From: Shigella phage SSE1
DNA length: 64,000 nucleotides
Sequence record: MK639187
Strand: one strand, 5' to 3'
Every line of letters starts with the position of its first letter. Position 1 is the first letter of the stretch. Made by a program: the position numbers and the translations under genes. Shown here piece after piece: positions 19,491-29,116 of the stretch. The notes beneath the pieces were generated by a model. That model had not been told where the DNA came from. It did not search any database and saw nothing but the letters and a program-made list of their open reading frames with translations.

Positions 19491-21176
19491 ATGAAAAAAG
19501 CTGTTATTCTTGGTGCTGGACTGGCAACTCGTTTGTATCCAATAACGCATCATATTCCTAAGGTGCTTGTTAACTATAAACAAGACACTATTCTGAGCAA
19601 TTTGTATACAATTTATTCTGACCTTGGCGCAGATGAAATTATTGTAGTAGTTCATTCAAAATTTGCTGAAACTGTTCGAGCTTATTGTGAGCAAGAAGGG
19701 TTCAATGTGACTATTCGTACAGTTGATGAAGCGTATGGATCTGCTTATGCTCTTGCTAAATTACACAAAGATTTAGACGGCCATAATGTAATTGTTAACT
19801 GGTGTGATATTATTCCCGATTTTGGTTCATGGTCTTGGAATGTTAACGCAATCTATGTTAAGGGTAACGAATGTCGATATAATTTCGACGGTGAAAATAT
19901 CACTAACGTAGGTTCAACAGGTGGTAATGTTGTAGGAATTTATCAGTTCAAAGACTGGGAATTCTATATGGGTTCTACTGATGAGGAAATTCATGAATAC
20001 TGCAAAGGACGTGATTTCGTAGAATTCCTTTACAGCGGTGCATTCAATAAATCAGAGCTTATGAATCTAATTGATTTAGGTGATATGCCTAAACTTGAAA
20101 AAGCTCATGAAGTTCGTGAACTTAATCGTAGTTTTAATGCAGTTGAAATTGGTGAAGAAACTGTAACTAAATTCGCATTAACTGAACAAGGTCGAGCTCT
20201 TCAGAAAGATGAGATTTCATGGTATCTTAAAGTGAAATCAGATTCAGTTCCTCAGTTAGTTTCTGTTAATGAAAATAACTTTGAAATGGAACGCATTAAA
20301 GGTAAGCCGGCATTTGAATATATTAAATCCAAATCAAGCCTTGCTCGTCCACAAATTGTTGATGCAATTTTAGACGCACTGAAATTCAGCACAGACACTT
20401 ATTTTGTAAGTCCTGAAACTGTTCGTCGTGATTTCACTAAAGAATTCTATACTAAAGTTATTGATCGTTGTGAAAGTATTCAACCGTTGATTGATTCATT
20501 TGGTAAAATCACACATGTGAACTACACTAAGATTGGGCGTCTGAAGCCAATGCTGAAACAAGCTTTAGAACACCTTATTCGTTATCATAACCGTTCTCAG
20601 GGACAGTACTCTGTTATTCATGGTGACCCGAACTTCAGTAATACTATGATTACTGATAACGGCGAAGTCAAGTTTATCGACCCTCGTGGATATTTTGGCG
20701 AAACCAAAATTTACGGGCCAAAATTGTATGATGAAGCTAAAGTGCTTTATGCTGTTTCAGGTTATGATGAATTCAACGCTAATCCGACCTGGGGCCAGTT
20801 TACTATTGATGAAACAACTTGTAATGTGACTATTAACATCAATCCATTAGTTTACAAATATGGAAAGATGAGTTCGTTTAACGAGTATCATCATTTGGCA
20901 GTGGCAATTATCTGGATTGCATTAGGTGGTTATTTCAAGAATAATCCACTTAAAGCGGTAGCCGCATATTATAAAGGTATGGAACTTCTGACTAAGCAAT
21001 TACGTAACATGGGCCGTGTACTTCAGGACGGCTCTATTAGTTATGACGTAGCAGAACCTGTAACGGCTACTCTGATTACAAAAAATCCTGGTAAATGGGT
21101 ACTAACTGATAAAGAAACTGGTGTTTCCTATCGTCCAATCGGTGGCGATATCACTCATCAATGGGAACGAATCTAA
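19491..21176 (+). CDS. Bifunctional sugar-1-phosphate nucleotidyltransferase / anomeric sugar kinase
   Basis: 561 aa; N-terminal ILGAGLATRLYPITHHIPKVLV (NTP-transferase G-loop); C-terminal VIHGDPNFSN and IDPRG (APH/AmgK-type kinase). Confidence 0.7.
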   Translation: MKKAVILGAGLATRLYPITHHIPKVLVNYKQDTILSNLYTIYSDLGADEIIVVVHSKFAETVRAYCEQEGFNVTIRTVDEAYGSAYALAKLHKDLDGHNVIVNWCDIIPDFGSWSWNVNAIYVKGNECRYNFDGENITNVGSTGGNVVGIYQFKDWEFYMGSTDEEIHEYCKGRDFVEFLYSGAFNKSELMNLIDLGDMPKLEKAHEVRELNRSFNAVEIGEETVTKFALTEQGRALQKDEISWYLKVKSDSVPQLVSVNENNFEMERIKGKPAFEYIKSKSSLARPQIVDAILDALKFSTDTYFVSPETVRRDFTKEFYTKVIDRCESIQPLIDSFGKITHVNYTKIGRLKPMLKQALEHLIRYHNRSQGQYSVIHGDPNFSNTMITDNGEVKFIDPRGYFGETKIYGPKLYDEAKVLYAVSGYDEFNANPTWGQFTIDETTCNVTININPLVYKYGKMSSFNEYHHLAVAIIWIALGGYFKNNPLKAVAAYYKGMELLTKQLRNMGRVLQDGSISYDVAEPVTATLITKNPGKWVLTDKETGVSYRPIGGDITHQWERI

Positions 21177-21562
21177 TGCACCGTGTAGAAAACATGCTTA
21201 ATCTTTGTTTTGATGTCGACGATTGTATAACAGAGTGGAATAACAATCGTGATTACGTGAACTTCAAGCCAGACGTCGAAATGGTGACTGCCATTAATGC
21301 CCTGTATGATGCAGGGCATACCATAACGCTTTACACTGCTCGCGGTATGAAGTCAGTAGGTCCTGGTCGTATAGCAATTGACATTCTCCCAAGTCTGATT
21401 CAGAACTTGGCAAACATTGGCTTGAAGTACCATAATTTGCTAACACATAAACCAGTATATGATTGGATTATCGACGACAAAGCTATGCGTCCTGACGAAT
21501 TCAAAGCTCTTATGAATAAAGGCGAATTCGAAACATTTAAATCATATAAACCGAACCTATAA
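21176..21562 (+). CDS. HAD-like phosphatase (putative)
   Basis: 128 aa from ATG 21176 (TAATG overlap); FDVDD motif I-like, TLYTAR, IIDDK. Confidence 0.45.
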   Translation: MHRVENMLNLCFDVDDCITEWNNNRDYVNFKPDVEMVTAINALYDAGHTITLYTARGMKSVGPGRIAIDILPSLIQNLANIGLKYHNLLTHKPVYDWIIDDKAMRPDEFKALMNKGEFETFKSYKPNL

Positions 21563-21608
21563 TAATTTAAGTAAGACCTGCAAAAACCATCGCATCAACT
21601 AACGCGAG

Positions 21609-22778
21609 ATGCAAAAAATGAATACTTTTAAAATCGGAACGAATTTTGATTTAGCTCTTCTTGATAAAATCGTAGAGCTCAATAAAACTTATCCTAATAG
21701 CTTGATAAACGAAGTATACGGCTCTACAAGAGAAATGGCTTTTGTAGCAGCCAGACCTGATTTTAGGCTTCCTGACGTTGACAAAAAGATGTTAGAAGAT
21801 TACGTTAAACGTTGTAACGAATTAGGTATTTGCTTTAACTATACACTCAACACGATAAATCCTGGTTCAAAAAGAGAACTAGTCGAGTGGAAGAAGAAAG
21901 CTATTCAGGATTATGTTCAGTATCTTTGGTCAATAGGCGTATGGCGTATTACTATCGCTAACCCTGTTGTTATGGAAATTGTTCGTGAAGTCAATAAAGA
22001 CATTGAGATTGAAGTTTCAACAATTCTACATGTCGATGCTGTAACTCAAATCAAATACTTACATGACCAATACAATATCAAAAAGGTCTGCTGTGGAATT
22101 CATAAGAACCGTTCAGTTTCTTTCCTGAAGCGTGCAGCAGAGTTTTGCAATAAGAACAATATAATATTTGAAGTTCTTGTAAATGAGTTCTGTTCTAATG
22201 CTGGTAAAGGGTATACAACACATTGTAGCTATCGTGACTCTTGCTATATTTTCCATAGTACTGATGTTACAGTAGATGATGCTAAATCCTTAAACGGATA
22301 TCCTATGCAGCACTGTATTAAAGCTCGTGATACAGACCCATTTAACTGGTTGAGAACTCGTTTTGTTCGTCCTCAAGATTTGAAACTTTATAATGATATT
22401 GGTATCACTCAATTCAAAGTTTCAGGACGTACAGGTAGCACAGACTACATTTTGAAAGTTCTTGAAGCTTATGCTTCTGAAAAATTTGAAGGTAATTTGT
22501 TGGAATTGTGGAAGCCTTTAGAGACCATTTTCACTCTTGAAAATGAGACCGAGTTTTCACATACGGTAAATATTGAAACCTCTTTGTTAGATGGCTTTTT
22601 AGAAAAAAGGTGGTTCAAACATCCAGATTTCGATTGTGCTAATGAAATCTGCGGGACGACGTGTACATATTGTGAAAGATATTATAAACGTCAGTTATCT
22701 AAAAATGGGTTATCAGAAAATTCTATATCTATTATTGATATAACTAACTCTGACGACGCTTTGAGGTACCCAGAATGA
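21609..22778 (+). CDS. Cys-rich protein of unknown function
   Basis: 389 aa; Cys clusters EFCSNAGKGYTTHCSYRDSC and CANEICGTTCTYCERY. Confidence 0.55.
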   Translation: MQKMNTFKIGTNFDLALLDKIVELNKTYPNSLINEVYGSTREMAFVAARPDFRLPDVDKKMLEDYVKRCNELGICFNYTLNTINPGSKRELVEWKKKAIQDYVQYLWSIGVWRITIANPVVMEIVREVNKDIEIEVSTILHVDAVTQIKYLHDQYNIKKVCCGIHKNRSVSFLKRAAEFCNKNNIIFEVLVNEFCSNAGKGYTTHCSYRDSCYIFHSTDVTVDDAKSLNGYPMQHCIKARDTDPFNWLRTRFVRPQDLKLYNDIGITQFKVSGRTGSTDYILKVLEAYASEKFEGNLLELWKPLETIFTLENETEFSHTVNIETSLLDGFLEKRWFKHPDFDCANEICGTTCTYCERYYKRQLSKNGLSENSISIIDITNSDDALRYPE

Positions 22779-22936
22779 TTTCTAGAAAAACTTTTAACCA
22801 CCAACTTAACGAAGAGATTTTGACTACGAAAATTAACAGCAACGAACAAATTCTTAAAAAGGCCCTTATGGGCCTGTTTGAAACTAAAGCGGCTAAAGTG
22901 ATTAAAGAAACCTGTTCAACTAGAATACTACGCTGA
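22775..22936 (+). CDS. Small ORF, possibly a frameshifted gene (continuation to 23015 in +1 frame)
   Basis: 53-aa ORF; downstream frame codes a protein-like tail but has no start codon. Confidence 0.3.
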   Translation: MISRKTFNHQLNEEILTTKINSNEQILKKALMGLFETKAAKVIKETCSTRILR

Positions 22937-23056
22937 TGCATTTCTTCATAGTGTTCTTGGAAGTATCGATGCTGAAGCTTTACGTTATATCAACATCGCT
23001 AAGAAATTCAAATAAGCTTTATGAATTGAGTATATAATAACTGTATTGAGGTAAAC

Positions 23057-23773
23057 ATGGGAAAACATAACACAATGAAATATATTAAAGCCGCAGATTT
23101 TCAATCCGCATTTAAAGTTGTCAATCGTGAAATTTTAGAAAACCCGGAATTCGTTACTGATTCTCGTATTGGACGTTGTAATGAAATTGGGTCTATGACA
23201 GTAGTTGTTGATACCCCTTCATCATTCAAAATGTCAGACCCACGTATTAATCGCATCTCTTATGAATATGCTGAAGATTTCTGGAAATTTATGATTTCTG
23301 GTGGTACTGATGCAGAAGAAGCATTTAAGGCATATCCTAACGTTGCTAAATTTATTTCTAAACCTAAATCAGATGCTTTGCCTGCGAACTTCAACACTTT
23401 CTATGGTCCACGAATTGCGGCCCAGTTACCAGCTCTTCTCAAAGAACTTAAAGAGAAACCTAATTCACGAAGAGTTGTGTTTCAAATTCTTGAAAGTTCA
23501 GATCAGGCTTTGCTTGATTCGGACGAAACACTTGAATATCCATGTACTGACTCAGTGACTTATTATATTCGTGATGGTAAGCTTTATACCCACTGTCATA
23601 TGCGTTCTCAGAACTGTGCTGTTGTTATGCAGTTGGATTTTTATCTCCAAGGAAAATTACTTCATTATATCGCTAACGAATGTGGTGTAGAAGTTGGTGA
23701 TTATACTCATACCATGGTAAGTGCCCATGTGTTTGAACGTGATTTTGATTATGTTAAAGGATTCCTTGACTAA
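23057..23773 (+). CDS. 42: dCMP hydroxymethylase gp42 (thymidylate synthase family)
   Basis: 238 aa; PNSRRVVFQ and YPCTDSV...HCHMRSQN align with the T4 gp42 pattern. Confidence 0.85.
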   Translation: MGKHNTMKYIKAADFQSAFKVVNREILENPEFVTDSRIGRCNEIGSMTVVVDTPSSFKMSDPRINRISYEYAEDFWKFMISGGTDAEEAFKAYPNVAKFISKPKSDALPANFNTFYGPRIAAQLPALLKELKEKPNSRRVVFQILESSDQALLDSDETLEYPCTDSVTYYIRDGKLYTHCHMRSQNCAVVMQLDFYLQGKLLHYIANECGVEVGDYTHTMVSAHVFERDFDYVKGFLD

Positions 23774-24672
23774 TGGCTATTTTCCGCGTACCTATCTTGA
23801 GTATGCGGTCTTATGAAACTGGACAGTATGCTATCCTTAAGGATGGCAACTTCCAACTTCATTTGCACCGTGCTAATCCAGGTGATGTGATTACATATCC
23901 ACGTAATGCATCTGATATTAAAGAATGCGAACGTCTTTTTCCAGAATTTAAGTTTGTTCCATTATGGTATAAAGATAACGCGTATAACACTCGTAAATAT
24001 TTCTGGTCTGAAAATGAATTTGTGGTTGATTCATTAATTGCTTATTATGATTGTGATTTTCTAATCACAGATATCACCGGATATGACGGCTCTTTTGATG
24101 TGGAATTCAATTTCAATATCACTGCAGATCCTAATAAACCACGTTTTTATATTGACGAATTCTTAAAAACTGATATGTTGTCGGTTAATCGTTCACTTCA
24201 AACTACTGTGTTGAATGAACGTCAAAAAGAAGTGCTGGTTAACGCAGGTGCAGATGGTAATAAGATTATCGTAACGCAGAAAGTTATACGTCCTTCCATC
24301 ATGCAGCGTCTTGTAGGTGATTTGGCTCCTATTCATCTAGATGGTATTTTTCATCCATTTCGAATTAGTGACCCGTGCTATCGTTTTGAACAAGTGGTTG
24401 AATGCGCAATTCAATTAGGTCAACCGCTTTATATAACTGATCCAAATAATAGTTTCGACAGAAATAAGTATCCTGAAGAAGCGCTGATTCGAATTTTTAA
24501 TCCAACTAAAACTGAGTACTATCAAATTCTTAAAGGACGTCCGAAGATTCAATATTTCGAAAATCCTGAAGAAGTATTCCATCCAGGTCTTGGCGAGTTC
24601 ATCTACTTTAACGCTTTAATTTCTTCGCCGTATAATATACCTAAATATGAAGATGTCGTAATCGAGGAATAA
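23773..24672 (+). CDS. Unknown protein in the beta-glucosyltransferase position
   Basis: 299 aa, start overlaps gp42 stop; no similarity to T4 beta-gt recognised. Confidence 0.55.
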   Translation: MAIFRVPILSMRSYETGQYAILKDGNFQLHLHRANPGDVITYPRNASDIKECERLFPEFKFVPLWYKDNAYNTRKYFWSENEFVVDSLIAYYDCDFLITDITGYDGSFDVEFNFNITADPNKPRFYIDEFLKTDMLSVNRSLQTTVLNERQKEVLVNAGADGNKIIVTQKVIRPSIMQRLVGDLAPIHLDGIFHPFRISDPCYRFEQVVECAIQLGQPLYITDPNNSFDRNKYPEEALIRIFNPTKTEYYQILKGRPKIQYFENPEEVFHPGLGEFIYFNALISSPYNIPKYEDVVIEE

Positions 24673-24673
24673 A

Positions 24674-25222
24674 ATGGCTAAAATTATTTTAGTAGATGGC
24701 CCGGATAATGCTGGTAAAACAACTTTCATTAATGACATAATGGAAATTAGTGAAAGATATGTAAAGATTGATTTCCCTAAACGAACAGTTGATGGACGTT
24801 TCGATGTTAAGTCTCGAAATGAAGTTGGCTGTTTCGAAACGATGTTGAATTATTTAGACCCTACTAAGATTTATCTGTTAGACCGTGGATATATTAGTAA
24901 CTGGGTTTATGGACGTATTCGACAAGATGCGGACTCGGTTCTTGACGTTTATGAACAGGATTATGTTCGTCTTTGCCAAAACCATGATGTGTTCACAATT
25001 ATTTTAACACGTAACGAAATGACTGAAAGTTTTGAAGACGACCTTATTACTTTGTCTTCGTTCGGTTTTAATACAGTCATTTCATATTTTGAAGAGTTTG
25101 CAATTCATAACGAAATCCAAACGTATCAATTACTTAATCATGATGGTGCTAACAAAGTTATAGGATTTAATGCAAGCGAACGTAATAATTTGATTACAGA
25201 AATTATCAAATGGGCTCGTTAA
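24674..25222 (+). CDS. P-loop kinase, thymidylate/deoxynucleoside kinase-like
   Basis: 182 aa; Walker A DGPDNAGKTT, DRGY motif. Confidence 0.55.
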   Translation: MAKIILVDGPDNAGKTTFINDIMEISERYVKIDFPKRTVDGRFDVKSRNEVGCFETMLNYLDPTKIYLLDRGYISNWVYGRIRQDADSVLDVYEQDYVRLCQNHDVFTIILTRNEMTESFEDDLITLSSFGFNTVISYFEEFAIHNEIQTYQLLNHDGANKVIGFNASERNNLITEIIKWAR

Positions 25223-25321
25223 GAGCCTGTTTAAAGTTTTAAATGCTGTATAACCCTTAGTATATAATCGTCTTATCTTTTAAACATGAGTAAAATATAA
25301 TGATGCCTATGGAAAAATACA

Positions 25322-26494
25322 ATGTCTGATTTAAAATCTCGTCTGATTAAAGCTTCTACTTCTAAAATGACTGCAGACTTGACTAAGTCTAAGCTGTTTA
25401 ATAATCGTGATGAAGTCCCTACTCGTATTCCGATGTTGAATATTGCATTAGGTGGTGCACTGAATGCCGGGTTGCAATCAGGCTTAACTATTTTTGCTGC
25501 TCCTTCTAAACACTTTAAAACGTTGTTTGGACTGACCATGGTTGCAGCATATATGAAGAAATATAAAGATGCAATTTGTTTGTTCTATGATTCAGAATTT
25601 GGTGCTTCAGAATCTTATTTTCGTTCAATGGGTGTTGATTTAGACCGTGTAGTTCATACTCCGATTCAATCTGTCGAACAACTTAAAGTTGATATGACTA
25701 ATCAGCTTGACGCTATTGAACGCGGTGATAAAGTTATTATCTTTATCGATTCAATCGGTAATACTGCATCTAAGAAAGAAACCGAAGATGCATTGAACGA
25801 GAAAGTCGTAGGTGATATGTCTCGTGCTAAGGCACTTAAATCTCTGTTCCGCATTGTGACTCCTTATCTGACTATTAAAGATATTCCATGTGTTGCAATC
25901 AACCATACAGCAATGGAAATTGGTGGATTGTATCCTAAAGAGATTATGGGTGGTGGTACAGGTATTCTTTATTCTGCTAACACTGTATTCTTTATCTCTA
26001 AACGTCAGGTTAAAGAAGGTACAGAATTGACCGGTTATGACTTCACGTTGAAAGCAGAAAAATCTCGTACAGTTAAAGAGAAATCTACTTTCCCGATCAC
26101 GGTTAATTTCGATGGTGGTATCGACCCATTCAGTGGCTTGTTAGAAATGGCGACTGAAATTGGTTTTGTGGTTAAGCCTAAAGCTGGTTGGTATGCTCGT
26201 GAATTCCTTGACGAAGAAACGGGCGAAATGATTCGTGAAGAAAAATCATGGCGTGCTAAAGCTACTGATTGTGTAGAATTCTGGGGACCATTGTTTAAAC
26301 ACAAACCTTTCCGAGATGCAATTGAAACTAAATATAAACTAGGTGCTATCTCTTCTATTAAAGAAGTTGATGACGCTGTTAACGACCTTATTAATTGCAA
26401 AGCAACAACTAAAGTTCCGGTTAAAACTTCTGATGCTCCGTCTGCAGCAGATATAGAAAACGACCTTGACGAAATGGAAGATTTCGATGAATAA
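25322..26494 (+). CDS. uvsX: Recombinase UvsX (RecA-like)
   Basis: 390 aa, recognised as T4 UvsX-like across its length. Confidence 0.95.
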   Translation: MSDLKSRLIKASTSKMTADLTKSKLFNNRDEVPTRIPMLNIALGGALNAGLQSGLTIFAAPSKHFKTLFGLTMVAAYMKKYKDAICLFYDSEFGASESYFRSMGVDLDRVVHTPIQSVEQLKVDMTNQLDAIERGDKVIIFIDSIGNTASKKETEDALNEKVVGDMSRAKALKSLFRIVTPYLTIKDIPCVAINHTAMEIGGLYPKEIMGGGTGILYSANTVFFISKRQVKEGTELTGYDFTLKAEKSRTVKEKSTFPITVNFDGGIDPFSGLLEMATEIGFVVKPKAGWYAREFLDEETGEMIREEKSWRAKATDCVEFWGPLFKHKPFRDAIETKYKLGAISSIKEVDDAVNDLINCKATTKVPVKTSDAPSAADIENDLDEMEDFDE

Positions 26495-26828
26495 TCTCGA
26501 TGATTTAAATCTAGAAATCGTTGATGAATCCCCTTCTTCGGAAGGGGAAGACATTCGCAAAGAACGAGTGTTTAATGAATCTCTTAAAATTATCCGTTCA
26601 GCAATGGAAAATGTCATTCAAGAGATTCTGATTACACTTGAAGATGGTTCTCATCATATAGTCTATATTACAAAACTAGACTGGGTTGATGGTAAAATCG
26701 TAATGGACTTTGCAGTTCTTGACCAGGACAGAAAAGCAGAACTTGCACCGCATGTTGAAAAATGTGTTACAATGCAAGTACAACAAGCTTTTAATGAACG
26801 GACCAAGAAAAAATTTAAATTCTTTTAA
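26487..26828 (+). CDS. 40: gp40-like protein (by position)
   Basis: ATG 26487 overlapping uvsX stop; between uvsX and gp41. Confidence 0.55.
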   Translation: MNNLDDLNLEIVDESPSSEGEDIRKERVFNESLKIIRSAMENVIQEILITLEDGSHHIVYITKLDWVDGKIVMDFAVLDQDRKAELAPHVEKCVTMQVQQAFNERTKKKFKFF

Positions 26829-26837
26829 GGAGTTATC

Positions 26838-28280
26838 GTGGTAGAAATTATTTTGTCTCATCTAGTATATGACCAGGCTTATTTTTCTAAGGTCTGGCCT
26901 TATATGGATTCTGAGTATTTTGAGCGTGGACCGGCAAAAAACGTCTTTAAAATTATAAAGAGCCACGTTAACGAATATAATGCAATGCCATCTATCAATG
27001 CATTAAAGGTGGCTTTAGATAACAGTTCTTTAACTGAAGCAGAATATAAAGGAACTTCAGACCTAATTGAAAAATTGGCTGATACTCCTGAAGACCACGA
27101 ATGGTTGGTTAAAGAAACTGAGAAATATGTCCAGCAAAAAGCGATGTATAATGCTACATCCAAAATCATTGAGATTCAGTCTAATGCTGAACTACCTCCA
27201 GAACAACGTAACAAGAAAATGCCTGATGTAGGAGCTATTCCTGATATTATGCGTCAAGCACTTTCAATTTCGTTTGATAGTTATGTTGGACATGACTGGA
27301 TGGAAGACTATGAAGCCCGCTGGCTTTCTTATCTGAACAAAGCACGTAAGGTCCCGTTCAAATTAAACATTCTGAATAAAATCACTAAAGGTGGCGCTGA
27401 AACTGGTACACTGAATGTTTTAATGGCTGGTGTTAACGTTGGTAAATCTTTAGGCCTTTGTTCACTTGCTGCAGATTATCTTCAAACAGGTCATAATGTT
27501 CTTTATATTTCCATGGAAATGGCTGAAGAAGTTTGTGCTAAGCGTATAGATGCAAACATGCTTGACGTATCACTTGATGATATTGATGATGGTAACGTAT
27601 CTTATGCCGAATATAAAGCCAAGATGGAAAAATGGCGTTCAAAAACAACATTAGGACGTTTAGTAGTTAAACAGTATCCTACTGGCGGAGCTAATGCTAA
27701 TACATTCCGTGCATTGCTTAATGAATTGAAACTCAAGAAGAACTTTGTGCCATCTGTAATCATGGTTGATTACTTAGGTATTTGTGGGTCTTGTCGTATC
27801 AGAGTTTACACTGAAAATAGCTACACATTAGTTAAAGCTATTGCAGAAGAACTTCGTGCATTAGCAGTAGAATCTGAAACAGTTCTATGGACTGCCGCTC
27901 AAGTAGGACGTGCAGCATGGGATGCTTCGGATATGAACATGAGCGATATTGCAGAATCAGCAGGTTTACCAGCAACGGCAGATTTCATGTTGGCCGTAAT
28001 TGAAACCGAAGAACTTGCACAAGCTGAACAACAACTTATCAAACAAATCAAATCACGATATGGTGATAAGAATAAATGGAATAAATTCCTGATGGGTGTA
28101 CGTAAAGGCAACCAGAAATGGATTGAGATTGAGCAAGAAGGAATGAACACACCTAACACGGTAAATGAAAACGCAGGTGCTCAGATGCGTCAGGCAGAGG
28201 TGAATCGTACGGAACGCGTAGGTAAAGCCAAAACAACACGGGCTGACCTAGATAGCTTAGCCAATGAGTTAAAATTTTAA
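26838..28280 (+). CDS. 41: Replicative DNA helicase gp41 (DnaB-like)
   Basis: 480 aa, GTG start, Walker A GVNVGKS, recognised as T4 gp41-like. Confidence 0.95.
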   Translation: MVEIILSHLVYDQAYFSKVWPYMDSEYFERGPAKNVFKIIKSHVNEYNAMPSINALKVALDNSSLTEAEYKGTSDLIEKLADTPEDHEWLVKETEKYVQQKAMYNATSKIIEIQSNAELPPEQRNKKMPDVGAIPDIMRQALSISFDSYVGHDWMEDYEARWLSYLNKARKVPFKLNILNKITKGGAETGTLNVLMAGVNVGKSLGLCSLAADYLQTGHNVLYISMEMAEEVCAKRIDANMLDVSLDDIDDGNVSYAEYKAKMEKWRSKTTLGRLVVKQYPTGGANANTFRALLNELKLKKNFVPSVIMVDYLGICGSCRIRVYTENSYTLVKAIAEELRALAVESETVLWTAAQVGRAAWDASDMNMSDIAESAGLPATADFMLAVIETEELAQAEQQLIKQIKSRYGDKNKWNKFLMGVRKGNQKWIEIEQEGMNTPNTVNENAGAQMRQAEVNRTERVGKAKTTRADLDSLANELKF

Positions 28281-28287
28281 TAAAAAG

Positions 28288-28306
28288 GAGACTTCGGTCT
28301 CCTTTC
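28288..28306 (+). terminator. UUCG-tetraloop hairpin after gp41 (GGAGAC-TTCG-GTCTCC, short T-run)
   Basis: Seen in sequence. Confidence 0.5.
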
Positions 28307-28309
28307 GGG

Positions 28310-28339
28310 GTTTACATCTTCCTCTAGGCATGATATGAT
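28310..28339 (+). promoter_or_regulatory. T4-type early promoter (GTTTAC...TATGAT)
   Basis: Seen in sequence. Confidence 0.6.
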
Positions 28340-28368
28340 GAACTTACACCAACCAAGAGGAAAACATT

Positions 28369-28743
28369 ATGAATATGTCTCAAGCAATTTTTACTGCAAT
28401 CACCGAAAACACAACTGTTGAAGTAGTTTCTCCGCTGGCAACCTACGTTATTCTTGCTCCTAAAACTATTGTATCTCGTATGGAAAACACAGGCAAACGT
28501 ATCGTACAAATAGTTGGAGCTGGAAATCAAAAACTTGATTATCTACGAACCATCAAAGCTTATGAACATTTCCAACTCGAAAAAGGTTCTCCTATCCAGG
28601 TAGAACTCGTAAATGGTGATATCGTTCGAGCAATGTTCCATCATTTCTATGCATTGAATGACCCGTCTAAAGCGGTTCGTTTAATTGCATACGACGCAAA
28701 CCAAAACGAAATCAACGCAGATATATCTAAATTACGTTTTTAA
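28369..28743 (+). CDS. Hypothetical protein
   Basis: 124-aa ORF after early promoter 28310-28339. Confidence 0.5.
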   Translation: MNMSQAIFTAITENTTVEVVSPLATYVILAPKTIVSRMENTGKRIVQIVGAGNQKLDYLRTIKAYEHFQLEKGSPIQVELVNGDIVRAMFHHFYALNDPSKAVRLIAYDANQNEINADISKLRF

Positions 28744-28744
28744 G

Positions 28745-28793
28745 TTTACTTCTCCAGTAGTTGTGTTATTATAGACCTATCAACTACTGGAGA
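28745..28793 (+). promoter_or_regulatory. Early promoter with -10 inside 12-bp inverted repeat (PeSL-like)
   Basis: GTTTAC-17-TATTAT; CTCCAGTAGTTG/CAACTACTGGAG. Confidence 0.6.
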
Positions 28794-28798
28794 ACAAA

Positions 28799-29116
28799 AT
28801 GAAAACCATCGATTGTAAAGCAGAATTTAAGATTTTTTATCACGGTTCAAGTAGTTCAGCTAACATCGAAAACATGCTTTGTCCTCCTGAAGAAACAGGA
28901 GTTCTGTCTGAAACAGGACGTAAGAAAAACTTGGATCGTGTATTCTTTACCGAAGATATCGGTTTAGCAAAGATTTATGCAGGACGAGCAGCACGCTCTT
29001 ATGGAGGTGAACCACGTCTCTATCGAGTAATTTCTCCGGTAGATGTAGTTCAAATGAATAATACTAAAGGTGCTACAGTTTATCACGCTGAATGGGCATT
29101 TTGCGAGGAAATATGA
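28799..29116 (+). CDS. Hypothetical protein with YHGS motif
   Basis: 105-aa ORF after promoter cassette 28745-28793. Confidence 0.5.
   Translation: MKTIDCKAEFKIFYHGSSSSANIENMLCPPEETGVLSETGRKKNLDRVFFTEDIGLAKIYAGRAARSYGGEPRLYRVISPVDVVQMNNTKGATVYHAEWAFCEEI

Noticed and set aside
21609-22778. Assignment of the 389-aa Cys-rich protein to the peptidase U32 family
   Set aside because: I could not match the U32 signature by eye; left as unknown
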